A DNA stretch of 64,000 bases, from positions 640,001 through 704,000 of the forward strand of contig OY771555.1 of assembly GCA_963674785.1 (NCBI GenBank), in the 5' to 3' direction. The translations under genes and the position numbers were made by a program. Shown in pieces: positions 9,765-19,434 of the stretch (position 1 is the stretch's first letter; every line of letters starts with the position of its first letter). Source of the DNA: Caldisericia bacterium. Lineage in GTDB: Bacteria > Caldisericota > Caldisericia > JAAYUI01. The notes beneath the pieces are model-generated. The model was not told the DNA's origin. It was given only the letters and a program-made list of their open reading frames with translations, and ran no database searches.

Positions 9765-10729
9765 ACCTTTCCTCCTTTCTTTCTGTCCTTTTTCATTTCA
9801 GAAATTGTAACCCCAGTTATCTCACAAAAAACATCTTCAAGGCTTGGAATAATTCTTCTGGCTTCAAAAACATCAACCCCTCGACTTTCAAGAAGACTTG
9901 TGACCGGTGATATGTTGATAACTTCTTTGTCTTCAATAACCAACATGTTCTCTTCAAGAAATAGAACCTTTTGAGTTGGAAACATGGAATCAAGCTCTCT
10001 TTTTATTGCCGACAAAGCATTCGAACAATGAAATTGAACTATATGTCTGTCTTTGACTGGATTTAAAAGATTTGAAACACTATCTGATTTTACGATATTG
10101 CCTGATACGATAAAAGCAATCCTATCGCAGAGTCTTTCCGCTTCCTCAATGTAGTGTGTTGTCAAAAAGATTGTTGTGCCTTTTTTGTGTAGATTATTTA
10201 CGATCTGTCGAAGTTTTCTTGCACTTGCCACATCTATTCCAGTTGTGGGTTCATCGAGAAAAAGAATCTTTGGTCGATGAATCATTCCAGCAGCAATAGT
10301 CAATTTTCGCTTCATTCCCTTGGAGTAGAAAGAAAACTTTCTGCCAGAGGCCTCAGATAATTCAAACTCCTCAAGAAGTTCACTTGCCCGAGACTCCCTC
10401 TCTTTTCTTCCAATCCCAAAAAGAGACGCACAAAAGCAAAGGTTTTCGAAACCTGTGAGTTCAGGGTAAAGATTGCTCTCATCAGGAACAATCCCAATCA
10501 AGTGCTGTGCTGTTCGGGGTCTTTTAACACAATCAATTCCAGAGATATTAATATCTCCAGAATCAGGCCTTGCAAGCCCTGTCAACATGTTAATTGTTGT
10601 TGTTTTCCCAGCACCATTTGGGCCAAGAAATCCGAAAAGCTCACCTTGCATAACATCGAAGCAAACATCATCAACAGCAACAACATCATCAAATGCTTTT
10701 CTTAAATTCTGGACACTAATTGCAGTCAT
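9761..10729 (-). CDS. ABC exporter ATP-binding protein (DrrA/CcmA-like)
   Basis: Walker A GPNGAGKTT, signature YSKGMKRK, Walker B LFLDEPT, TTHY switch. Confidence 0.95.
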   Translation of the reverse strand: MTAISVQNLRKAFDDVVAVDDVCFDVMQGELFGFLGPNGAGKTTTINMLTGLARPDSGDINISGIDCVKRPRTAQHLIGIVPDESNLYPELTGFENLCFCASLFGIGRKERESRASELLEEFELSEASGRKFSFYSKGMKRKLTIAAGMIHRPKILFLDEPTTGIDVASARKLRQIVNNLHKKGTTIFLTTHYIEEAERLCDRIAFIVSGNIVKSDSVSNLLNPVKDRHIVQFHCSNALSAIKRELDSMFPTQKVLFLEENMLVIEDKEVINISPVTSLLESRGVDVFEARRIIPSLEDVFCEITGVTISEMKKDRKKGGKV

Positions 10730-10745
10730 GTATCCTCCAATTGAT

Positions 10746-10767
10746 AAAGTTTATACGCATATACTTA
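10746..10767. promoter_or_regulatory. Putative ArsR operator, copy upstream of the ABC ATPase
   Basis: AAAGTTTATACGCATATACTTA, near-identical to the palindrome at 11075-11096. Confidence 0.6.
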
Positions 10768-10785
10768 AATAAAAATGCAAAAAAA

Positions 10786-11058
10786 TTACTTGAAAAATTC
10801 TTTTACAACCGAACACCACTCTTCATAAACGGATTCATTCAAGCTGTAGTGAACAAAATATCCTTTCTTAAGAGCGGTCACGATACCAACATCACGAAGA
10901 ATTCGAAGGTGTTGAGATGCTGCTGCAGGTGTTATCTCAAGTTCTCTAGAAATAGCGTTTACGCAGCGTGGTCTTTCCTTTAACATCTCAATTATTTCGA
11001 CTCTAGATTTTATTGAAAGAGCCTTAAAAATCTTCGCCTTCTCTTCCGAATTGGACAT
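10786..11058 (-). CDS. ArsR/SmtB family transcriptional regulator
   Basis: IFKALS...RVEII..L, CV.AI...L.IT..AASQHLRILR..GIV...K.G..V.YSL. Confidence 0.93.
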   Translation of the reverse strand: MSNSEEKAKIFKALSIKSRVEIIEMLKERPRCVNAISRELEITPAAASQHLRILRDVGIVTALKKGYFVHYSLNESVYEEWCSVVKEFFK

Positions 11059-11074
11059 TATTACTCCATTTATT

Positions 11075-11096
11075 TAAGTATCTACGCATATACTTA
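11075..11096. promoter_or_regulatory. Putative ArsR operator upstream of arsR
   Basis: Inverted repeat TAAGTAT-n8-ATACTTA, 17 bp upstream of the start codon. Confidence 0.65.
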
Positions 11097-11144
11097 TACG
11101 AAAAGAAAGTTCAGTTACAATTAAATGGTCGGACACGAAGCAAA

Positions 11145-12326
11145 CTACTTCAAACAGATGATTGACTCTCGAGTTTGTACGATAAGTTCATCGGCCAAAG
11201 AAATAGATGTCACCTCTCTCATCATCCCGTTTACAACAGCAACAAGCTCATAATCTGATTTTCGGTATTGGTAAAGAAACGGTGACCCGTCGGAAAGCAC
11301 AAAAAGAAACTTGTCGGATTGAACGATAAATTTCGGAATAAGATCGGCTGATATAAAAATCTGTTTTTCAATGTGACCATGTCGAAGATTAACAATTCTT
11401 ATCTCATCTCCAACAATGTATATAACCTCAGAGCTTGAAATAGACACTGGAACATCAGTAGTTACAGGGTGGTCGGTCTCATCATCCTTGAGGCGATTTG
11501 TCCAAAGGTAACTACCATCCTCAATATCAAGACATGTAAACTTGCCAGTTTCAGTTATAAACACATTGTGTTTTGCAATCTGTGGAGGTTTTGAGGCAAC
11601 TCCGTCAGATATATAACTCCACTTTGTTTCGCCAGAATCGACGTCAATGCAAACTGTCAATGAGTTTCCTTCACCAAGACCAAACCCTGTAAAAATTGCG
11701 AGAGAGTCTTTTACAGACACAAACTCATAATCAAACCCCTCAGGGAGTTTGACCTCCCAGTGGGGCATCCCGGTTGATAAAATCAAAGAGAAGGCGTATC
11801 CATCGGTACTTGCTGCGAGGATATTATCATCTGAAACAGCCATGCTTTGGATATTTGAAATCCTTGTTTTTTGTGACCAGATGGGATTCATAGAGCAGGT
11901 ATCAAGAACGATCATTTCAGAATCACAAAGGACGACAAGCCTGTTTGAAACAAGTTCGAGCTGATATTCAATGCTTCTTGGAAGATTTCTAAAAACATTA
12001 TTTGCAAGCACAGAACCGATTGATTTCCTGATCTTTACAATCTCATGACCACGACCACTATCAATTACAGCATACAAAAACTCTGAATCACAAACGATAT
12101 TTGACCAAGCCATTGTGTTACCAAGTTTAATATCCCAAACCACTTCTAGCTGTGGTGGAAGCTCAGTTTTTGTGCAAAACAATCTACCTTTTCCACCAAA
12201 CTTTGTCCAAGATAGAGAAACATCATTCGTAGGAATCAGTCCATTACAACCTAATATTGTGATAATTGCAACCGCACAAACGATGGTTTTAAGCACGTTT
12301 CTTCTCATTTGTTGCCATTTTAGCAT
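11145..12326 (-). CDS. PQQ-like beta-propeller lipoprotein (BamB-like repeats)
   Basis: Lipobox ILG-C; repeated IDVDSGETKW / LDIEDGSYLW / LSTGMPHW motifs. Exact start uncertain. Confidence 0.8.
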   Translation of the reverse strand: MLKWQQMRRNVLKTIVCAVAIITILGCNGLIPTNDVSLSWTKFGGKGRLFCTKTELPPQLEVVWDIKLGNTMAWSNIVCDSEFLYAVIDSGRGHEIVKIRKSIGSVLANNVFRNLPRSIEYQLELVSNRLVVLCDSEMIVLDTCSMNPIWSQKTRISNIQSMAVSDDNILAASTDGYAFSLILSTGMPHWEVKLPEGFDYEFVSVKDSLAIFTGFGLGEGNSLTVCIDVDSGETKWSYISDGVASKPPQIAKHNVFITETGKFTCLDIEDGSYLWTNRLKDDETDHPVTTDVPVSISSSEVIYIVGDEIRIVNLRHGHIEKQIFISADLIPKFIVQSDKFLFVLSDGSPFLYQYRKSDYELVAVVNGMMREVTSISLADELIVQTRESIICLK

Positions 12327-12352
12327 AAAATATGAATAATTTCATCAAAGTT

Positions 12353-12525
12353 TTATTCACACTGTGGATAATGGTGTGGATAAGAGTTAATAAATCAATC
12401 CAGATATGTTGGTAAAAAAATCATACTCTCACAAATATGAAAATTATGAAAGATAACTTATGCTGCAAAAACCATGACTTCATTTTTTAGAATTGAAAGT
12501 GATTCGCACTAAAAAATGTGGATAA
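12353..12525. promoter_or_regulatory. DnaA-box cluster 1
   Basis: TTATTCACA 12353, TGTGGATAA 12363, 12375 and 12517. Confidence 0.8.
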
Positions 12526-12567
12526 CTTTGAAAATCGACCATCAAAAATGTCGATTTTTCGTGGAAG

Positions 12568-14358
12568 TTAGTTATAAAGAGCAGGTTCAAGCTGTTCGAT
12601 AGTTTGTGGAAGAGTATCAAACCAAACATTCAAAAGCTCGGTTTCGGTATCAACTGCAACAAGAACCTCAAGACCAAGAACTTTCCCAAGGATAAACACG
12701 TGGTCAACACCAATGATATTTCTTGTAAAAATACTCTCTGGGATGAAATGGATTGCCCAATTGTGATTCTCTTCTCCAAAAAGAATATTCCAATCTGTTA
12801 TCTTAAACGATTCATTTCCAATGATTGTTGGTTGAACGTTTGTATTTGAAACAATTACCCAATCTGAAATACAAACAATCTCATTAGGGTTGCTGTTCAG
12901 TTTAATCGTTTTATTCTCACCGGTTTCGATCTCGTGTCTTGTTAATTTATCATCATCTAGTACAAAAAAGAAACGATTATCGTATGAAAAAACTGCGCTG
13001 TTTCCAGGAAACTCAACTGTAGAGGCAGAAAGTGAAAAAAGTTTTACGATATCTTCAGTTATGACCGCAGCATTTTGTAAATCTGTTGAAACGATTATTT
13101 CTCCATCGCTATTTCCAATATTGAAGCTTTTCTCAGGGTTATCGCGATTGATTAGGTTTCCATCCTTTAATATAAATCTAGGGTTATTCATAATTCCGCC
13201 CATTGCCTCTGGTTCTTCAGAAAGAAGTGTAAACCAATCGATCCCGGTTAGAGGCTGCCCCAGATATTCAATCTGAGAGTGTGGTGGAAATTGAAGGTTT
13301 ATCTCTGTTTCTTCGATCTCACCAACTGAATTGACATCAACAAGCATCATTGATGCAGAAACCCCGTCACGAAGTCCGATAAAAAGAGCATTTTCTGGAG
13401 TTGTTCCGGTCATCGTCAGATATGTTGAAAGAGTATTGAGTTCAATCTGGGTTGGGGTTGTATCAGACAATATAAGAGGAATAGCATCTTCCGATATTCT
13501 GCCATCATAAACAGGAAGCACAAAAACCTTTGCACCAGGGATATGTGTTCCACCAATTGTTCCATGTATTCGCACACCCTGATTATCGAGAGGGTAAATA
13601 ATCTCGAGATCAGATTTTATTTCGATCTCTTCTTCAATAATCTCATACCCGCCATCTTTTGCAATCTTGATAGTATGTAGTCCATATCCAATCCTTGAGA
13701 CCCATGGGGTTTGTCCAAGATGCTGACCATCAATGAAAAGCTCAGCTCCTTGAGGGTCTGAGTCAATTACAACGTTATGCAGAATTTGCTCAAGTTTGAT
13801 TTTGAATTCGGTCTTACCAGAAAGGTCCTCGATTATCTCAAGTGGACTGTATCCATATTTTTCTAGTTTAAGGGTTGTCGGTTTTGATGTATCAAGTCCT
13901 CTGAAAACAAACGGGGTTTTGCCAATAAACCTTCCTTCGGCAAAAACACTTACTTCATCAGGAACAGAGGTAAAAATAATCTTTGACTCTCCGCCTTCAA
14001 ATACGATGCTGATTGATGTGTTTGCAGGAGATACCTCAATCTTTTTCTCCTCTGGTACATAACCACTAATCTCGGCTCTTATCTGATAATCTCCATCCTT
14101 CAAAGATTTTGTAAACGGAGTGGTACCGATCTCTTCACCATCAACATAGACAACAGCACCATCAGGGATAGAACTAAAATAAACATCCCTACTTGATGTT
14201 TTTGGCATACAGAAAAAGAACACAATCAAAGCTACGACAACAACGATTATTGAAATCAACATCATCCAAACTCTAAACTTTGGATTCTTTGAACTGTATC
14301 TATCGGAGCCTTTAAGTTTATCCCTGTCCATCCAGAGAGTCATTCTGGTATTTGACAT
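12568..14358 (-). CDS. PEGA-domain membrane-anchored protein
   Basis: N-terminal TM helix; three S.P.GA.VYVDG..IG.TP repeats. Confidence 0.88.
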   Translation of the reverse strand: MSNTRMTLWMDRDKLKGSDRYSSKNPKFRVWMMLISIIVVVVALIVFFFCMPKTSSRDVYFSSIPDGAVVYVDGEEIGTTPFTKSLKDGDYQIRAEISGYVPEEKKIEVSPANTSISIVFEGGESKIIFTSVPDEVSVFAEGRFIGKTPFVFRGLDTSKPTTLKLEKYGYSPLEIIEDLSGKTEFKIKLEQILHNVVIDSDPQGAELFIDGQHLGQTPWVSRIGYGLHTIKIAKDGGYEIIEEEIEIKSDLEIIYPLDNQGVRIHGTIGGTHIPGAKVFVLPVYDGRISEDAIPLILSDTTPTQIELNTLSTYLTMTGTTPENALFIGLRDGVSASMMLVDVNSVGEIEETEINLQFPPHSQIEYLGQPLTGIDWFTLLSEEPEAMGGIMNNPRFILKDGNLINRDNPEKSFNIGNSDGEIIVSTDLQNAAVITEDIVKLFSLSASTVEFPGNSAVFSYDNRFFFVLDDDKLTRHEIETGENKTIKLNSNPNEIVCISDWVIVSNTNVQPTIIGNESFKITDWNILFGEENHNWAIHFIPESIFTRNIIGVDHVFILGKVLGLEVLVAVDTETELLNVWFDTLPQTIEQLEPALYN

Positions 14359-15218
14359 TAGTGACTTCCGTCCCCCACGATTATATCACAGATTCTAATC
14401 AGATCTTCATCTGAAAAGTAGTTTATTGTTATAGCTTTTTCTTTGACTTTGACCTTTGTAGAAAGCACTTCCCTCAAGATTGACTCAACCTGTTTTTGTT
14501 CTGGAGATGTGGAAGTTTCAATTATCTTGGGTTTCTTTTTTGTTTCCTTTGCTGCCTCTTTGACAAACTTCTCTGTCTGACGAACTGACATCCTCTCAGC
14601 TTTTACACGCTCGAGACTATCAAGAATCAGTTCAGGTGACTTCAAAGAAAGAAGCGCACGCCCATGTCCTTCTGATATCTCACCTTTGAGAATATCTTCT
14701 TGAACCTGCTCTGGAAGATCAAGGAGCCTCAACAAGTTTGTTACGTATGGTCTTGATTTTTTTACACTCTCTGCAATTGATTCTTGAGTGTAACCGAAAT
14801 TTTTCCGAAGATTCTTCATCGCCCTTGCAATATCAATGGGGTTGAGATCTTCTCTTTGTATATTTTCAACAAGTGCAAACTCAGCAGCGTTTTCATCAGA
14901 GATCTCACGGATTACAACAGGAATTGTTTCAAATCCTGCAAGCTTTGCTGCACGTATTCGGCGTTCTCCGGCGATTAACTCATACTCTCCGTCAACCTCT
15001 CTTACAACAATAGGTTGAATGACACCAGAACGCTTTAGAGACTCAGAGAGTTCTGCAAGTTTTTCAGCTGATAACTGTGTTCTCGGCTGGTAGGGTGAAT
15101 ACTTGATCTCAGAGATTGGAAGTTCAGTTACATTCTTTTCAAATTCTTCTGGAGTATTTTCACCATCTTTGGGAAGAAGAGCTGATAATCCTTTCCCTAA
15201 ACCAAATTTCTTAGCCAT
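14358..15218 (-). CDS. parB: Chromosome partitioning protein ParB/Spo0J
   Basis: GLGKGLSALL, YQPR, GVIQPIVVR, IAGERR, ALVENIQREDLNP, HTH. Confidence 0.97.
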   Translation of the reverse strand: MAKKFGLGKGLSALLPKDGENTPEEFEKNVTELPISEIKYSPYQPRTQLSAEKLAELSESLKRSGVIQPIVVREVDGEYELIAGERRIRAAKLAGFETIPVVIREISDENAAEFALVENIQREDLNPIDIARAMKNLRKNFGYTQESIAESVKKSRPYVTNLLRLLDLPEQVQEDILKGEISEGHGRALLSLKSPELILDSLERVKAERMSVRQTEKFVKEAAKETKKKPKIIETSTSPEQKQVESILREVLSTKVKVKEKAITINYFSDEDLIRICDIIVGDGSH

Positions 15219-15234
15219 TTCACCCTCCTTTTTT

Positions 15235-16005
15235 TTACTTTGCAGCCACGCGATCGATTATCTCACACGCCAAGCTCTCATAAGCATGAGACCCCTTACT
15301 TGTTGGATCGTATACAGATATTGGTTTACCAAACGATGGAGCCTCAGAAACACGAACATTTCTTGGGATGACAGAATTGAAAAGCTCGGATTCAAAGTAT
15401 TTTTTTACTTCGGCTGCAACGGATTTTGATAATGTTGTGCGTTCATCAAACATTGTAAGAAGTACTCCAAAGATACCAAGTTCTGGGTTGAGCGTTCCCT
15501 TGATGAGTTTGTATGTGTTAATGAGCTGTGAGAGTCCTTCAAGTGCATAGTACTCAGTCTGGATTGGTATGAGGATTGCGTTTGATGCAACAAGTGCGTT
15601 GACTGTTAATAAGCCAAGTGATGGTGGACAATCAATGAGTATAAAATCATATTTGTCTTTAACAGATGAGAGTGCGATCTCAAGTCTTCGCTCACGATTA
15701 TCCATCTCAACAAGCTCAATTTCTGCACCGGCAAGGTCGATATCTGATGGGATTATGTCGAGACCTTCATAATCAGTTTTGAGGATAACATCTGAGGGCT
15801 TTTTTCTCTCGATCAAAAGATCATAAACTGAACCTTTCACCTGTTCACGGTCAATGCCAATGCCAGTGGTTGCATTCCCCTGAGGGTCAATGTCACAAAT
15901 CAAACATCTCTTTTTATTTCTTGAGAGATTGTAGCTGAGATTTACGGTTGTTGTGGTTTTTCCAACACCACCCTTCTGGTTGCTAAGCGCAAGTGTCATC
16001 GCCAT
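15235..16005 (-). CDS. parA: Chromosome partitioning ATPase ParA/Soj
   Basis: NQKGGVGKTT, DIDPQGNAT, DCPPSLG, IPRNVRVSEAPSFG; AAGGAG RBS. Confidence 0.97.
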   Translation of the reverse strand: MAMTLALSNQKGGVGKTTTTVNLSYNLSRNKKRCLICDIDPQGNATTGIGIDREQVKGSVYDLLIERKKPSDVILKTDYEGLDIIPSDIDLAGAEIELVEMDNRERRLEIALSSVKDKYDFILIDCPPSLGLLTVNALVASNAILIPIQTEYYALEGLSQLINTYKLIKGTLNPELGIFGVLLTMFDERTTLSKSVAAEVKKYFESELFNSVIPRNVRVSEAPSFGKPISVYDPTSKGSHAYESLACEIIDRVAAK

Positions 16006-16016
16006 GGTCGTACTCC

Positions 16017-17060
16017 TTACTTACCTTCACGGATATCAATTTGTTGTTCTACCTTTTTTATTTCTTTATCAAAATCGCTAATGTAATTCTTATCCTGAAT
16101 TACCCTAAATTTTTCAAATTCTGCCTCCGCATGCTTTTTTGCATTTTCTGCAGAAATACTGCCGGCATTATCAAGAACTTCTCTTCCATCAAATTTCAAA
16201 AAATCATCAATCCAATTTGACCAATCTTTCATTGTCATCGGGATTTTTCGATTTGCTCGGTCTTCGGCAAGATCAAGAGCAGCATTTACAATTCTTCCCA
16301 TTGATTCAAGTTCATCCTTGGTTAGATAGTTTTTTGCAATGGTTACATCCTTTTTTGAAATCTTACCATCAGGAGAGTTTTTCCAGGTTGTCAAACCCAT
16401 ATTTAGTTCACCGCTATCTACTCTTTCTCTGATGAGTTCAGAGGCAGTGTGACCATGTGTTCCAAAGTGCAACTTATTTTGAACAACCTTGAAAAACATC
16501 GAAGCTGTTGGGGCATCATTATTGTAGTCAAGGCTTGTTGCAAAGATATCTGTGAGTTTCTGATAAAACCTTCTCTCAGAGAGTCTGATCTCCCTGATCT
16601 GGGCAAGAAGTTCTTCGAAATAATCGTGTCCAAGGAAGTCACCGTTTTCCATTCTTTCACGATTAATGACATATCCTTTTATAGCAAATTGAGTTAAAAC
16701 CTTCGTTGCCCACTGTCTGAACTCTGTTGCCCGGATTGAATTTACTCGATAACCAACAGAGATAATGGCATCAAGGTCATAATGCTTTGTGTTGTAGGAT
16801 TTTCCATCATCGGCAGTTATCCGGAAATTCCGGATAACTGAATCTTCGTAAAGCTCCCCTGTTTTGAAGATGTTTTTCAGATGTTCGTTAACAGTTCTGA
16901 CATCGACATCAAAAAGTTTGGCCATCAGTTTTTGGGTAAGCCAGATTGTCTCATCTTCATATCGAACCTCAAACGTGTCCTTTGAAGATGATGCGAACCT
17001 CAGAAACTCGATCGTACTGTTTCTGACAAGTTTTATTTTTTCATTGCCACTTTTTTTCAT
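16017..17060 (-). CDS. rhuM: RhuM-family protein, second copy
   Basis: ETIWLTQKLMAKLF, YDLDAIISVGYRVNS.RAT.FRQWAT, IREIRLSERRFYQK. An alternative ATG at 17069 overlaps the tmRNA CCA. Confidence 0.9.
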   Translation of the reverse strand: MKKSGNEKIKLVRNSTIEFLRFASSSKDTFEVRYEDETIWLTQKLMAKLFDVDVRTVNEHLKNIFKTGELYEDSVIRNFRITADDGKSYNTKHYDLDAIISVGYRVNSIRATEFRQWATKVLTQFAIKGYVINRERMENGDFLGHDYFEELLAQIREIRLSERRFYQKLTDIFATSLDYNNDAPTASMFFKVVQNKLHFGTHGHTASELIRERVDSGELNMGLTTWKNSPDGKISKKDVTIAKNYLTKDELESMGRIVNAALDLAEDRANRKIPMTMKDWSNWIDDFLKFDGREVLDNAGSISAENAKKHAEAEFEKFRVIQDKNYISDFDKEIKKVEQQIDIREGK

Positions 17061-17068
17061 AAAAATCA

Positions 17069-17422
17069 TGGTGGAGGTGACGGGAATCGAACCCGTGTCC
17101 AGCTTAACTCAAGCATCGATGGAATTACAAGCTTCCCCTATTTAGTTATTGCCCAGTGATAACAGGGAAAATCAGTAGGACAAGCGACCTGGTTTGTACT
17201 TGAGCGATCTCGAGCAGGCCACCCTAAAACGCCAAGAGTCCGTGTAACGACGGCTCCCCACTACCCAGACTACTCTCGTGGTTCACCGTAGTGCTTCTAT
17301 TAAGCAGCTAAAGCGTAATTGTTGTCGGCATTTATTTTGCCTGGTGTCTTGTTAACGAGGCTGGCACCATCCTCGGCTTGCCATCAGATTCAATTGTCAA
17401 GTGTCGAAGCCAATTCACCCCC
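17069..17422 (-). ncRNA. ssrA: tmRNA (SsrA), tag peptide (A)ADNNYALAA
   Basis: 5' GGGGGTGAA..GCTTCGAC; 3' GACACGGGTTCGATTCCCGTCACCTCCACCA with G3-U70 pair. Tag ORF GCCGACAACAATTACGCTTTAGCTGCTTAA at 17329-17300. Confidence 0.97.
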
Positions 17423-17474
17423 GACCAAATATCATACTACTTGAGAGTCATATATGTTCAAGCAAATTTAGGTT

Positions 17475-17640
17475 GTGAAACATCGTGAAACATCCAAAAT
17501 AAATATTAAAGAAATGTACTAGTTACAAACTTTTATCCACATTGTGGATAACCGTGAAACTACGTGAAACATCGGATAAATTGACATGTTATTTGAAGTT
17601 ATCCACACCTATCCACTGAGATTTCCACAAAAGTGGAAAA
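17475..17640. promoter_or_regulatory. DnaA-box cluster 2 with interleaved GTGAAAC direct repeats
   Basis: TTATCCACA 17533, TGTGGATAA 17543, TTATCCACA 17599 plus variants at 17609-17640; GTGAAAC at 17475, 17485, 17554 and 17564. Confidence 0.8.
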
Positions 17641-17715
17641 AATCTTTCAAAAAATGAATCAATATCATTAATCTTGTGAGTTTTTTTGGGAATTGGTACA
17701 CGCTTCTCAAGAGTT

Positions 17716-17742
17716 AAAAAAAGACCCCATAAATATGGGGTC
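17716..17742 (-). terminator. Intrinsic terminator of hisS
   Basis: gaccccata-ttt-atggggtc followed by a T-run on the minus strand. Confidence 0.8.
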
Positions 17743-17774
17743 ATGATGTATAAAAGTAAAAAGAAGACTATTAA

Positions 17775-19067
17775 CTACTTACAAATCTTCTCCATCTCAG
17801 ATGAAAGTTCATCAAACGTGATTGTTTTTTGTTCCCTTGTATTTGTATCTTTGATTGTAACAGAATTACCAGAAACCTCGTCCTCACCGATAATAACTAT
17901 AGCTTTAACACCCTTTGAAACAGCATGTTTCATCTGCCATTTCATTTTCTTGTTTCCATATCCGGTGATTACGTTGATTCCGCTCTCTCGAATCTTTGAT
18001 GCAACCCTCAATGAATACTCAAGTGTGGACTCCCCAAAGTGCAGAATATAAACATCTGCAACAGATAAACAACTACTTGAGATTCCAATTTCTTTCATGG
18101 CAGCAAGGATTCTATCAAATCCAAGTGATGCTCCAACAGCGGGAATCTCACGACCAGAAAAGATGCCAACAAGTTTATCATATCTTCCGCCACCGGCAAT
18201 TGATCCAAACTTGATATCTGTGAGCTTGGCTTCAAAAACCGGACCTGTGTAGTAGCTTTGACCACGTGCAAGAGATGGGTCAAATGTAACCTTAGCACCA
18301 CCAAGTTTTGCAAGTTTTATAATTCTTGCAACCTGAGCAAGGGCATTTGCTCCGGCTTCATCGCCTGACAAAACTGATGTAAACTTTTCAAGTTTCTCCT
18401 CAGATGTTCCCTCAAATGATAACAGATCGATTATCTCTGAACCATTAGAAACACCAATCTTATCAAGCTCTTTTGTCACACCATCGGCACCAATCTTATC
18501 AAGTTTATCAATCTCAATAATCACATTTCGCTTTTTATCATCAGCAACAGAAAAATGGGTGAGGATTGCATCAAGGATTTCGCGTGAATTGATGTTTATA
18601 ACAAAATTTTCAAACCCGATATTTGATAATGCGGAACTTATAACTGTCACAATCTCAGCATCAGCTGTCACATCCTCATCACCAAAGATATCAACATCAC
18701 ACTGATGAAACTCTCGATACCTGCCTTTCTGTGGTCTATCAGCTCTCCAGACCCTTTGAATCTGGTATCTTTTAAATGGCATGGCAATTTCGGGATTTGT
18801 TGCGATCATCCTTGATACAGGAACTGTCAAATCATAGATCAATCCAACGTGACGCTTACCCAGATCCTCAAAGTTGTACATCAACATTTCCGAGTCTCCA
18901 CCCTCTTTTCCAGCAAGTGTAGAGTAGTACTCAAGGGATGGTGTTTCAATTGGGTCGAATCCAAATAATTCAAAGGTTTCACGAATTTTTTCAATCAATC
19001 GGTTTCTTTCAATCATATCACTTGGAAGTGAATCTCTAAATCCTGATAAAATCTTTGGTTTATCCAT
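17775..19067 (-). CDS. hisS: Histidine--tRNA ligase
   Basis: GFRD.LP, YDLTVP, RADRPQKGRYREFHQCDVD, LARGQSYYTG.VFE, GGGRYD.L, C-terminal anticodon-binding domain. Confidence 0.98.
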   Translation of the reverse strand: MDKPKILSGFRDSLPSDMIERNRLIEKIRETFELFGFDPIETPSLEYYSTLAGKEGGDSEMLMYNFEDLGKRHVGLIYDLTVPVSRMIATNPEIAMPFKRYQIQRVWRADRPQKGRYREFHQCDVDIFGDEDVTADAEIVTVISSALSNIGFENFVININSREILDAILTHFSVADDKKRNVIIEIDKLDKIGADGVTKELDKIGVSNGSEIIDLLSFEGTSEEKLEKFTSVLSGDEAGANALAQVARIIKLAKLGGAKVTFDPSLARGQSYYTGPVFEAKLTDIKFGSIAGGGRYDKLVGIFSGREIPAVGASLGFDRILAAMKEIGISSSCLSVADVYILHFGESTLEYSLRVASKIRESGINVITGYGNKKMKWQMKHAVSKGVKAIVIIGEDEVSGNSVTIKDTNTREQKTITFDELSSEMEKICK

Positions 19068-19184
19068 TTCTAAATAATTCCTTTTTTATATTTCACCAAC
19101 TGGAAGTCTCTATTTATCGGTTGTGATAGTGGAGGAAATCTCTTTCTGATCGAAAATTGCAGTTCTGTAATGTGTTTAGAAAAG

Positions 19185-19432
19185 TTATTCACAAATCCTC
19201 CAATAAGAGTACACACCCAGTGTGAACAATTCTTAGCGATGTGTCACCCATTCTCGCAAGCATTTCTTCATTTGTCAACATATTCACACCCTATACATAT
19301 AATAACATGAAAGACTTACTTATTATTATATGTATAGTCGGTTAGTATGTATAAAACTCAAAGAAATCATTTCTAATACAGCAATACTCTATCCAGTATG
19401 TTGTGTTTATAATATGTTGAAAATGTGGATAA
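19185..19432. promoter_or_regulatory. Probable oriC unwinding region / DnaA-box cluster 3 downstream of dnaA
   Basis: TTATTCACA 19185, TGTGAACAA 19221, TGTGGATAA 19424; AT-rich tract near 19295-19335 with TAA-TAA-TAA trio-like run on the minus strand. Confidence 0.65.
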
Positions 19433-19434
19433 GA

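Noticed and set aside
15990-16030. attR copy of the tmRNA 3' end downstream of rhuM
   Set aside because: No similarity to CCCGTCACCTCCACCA was found there.
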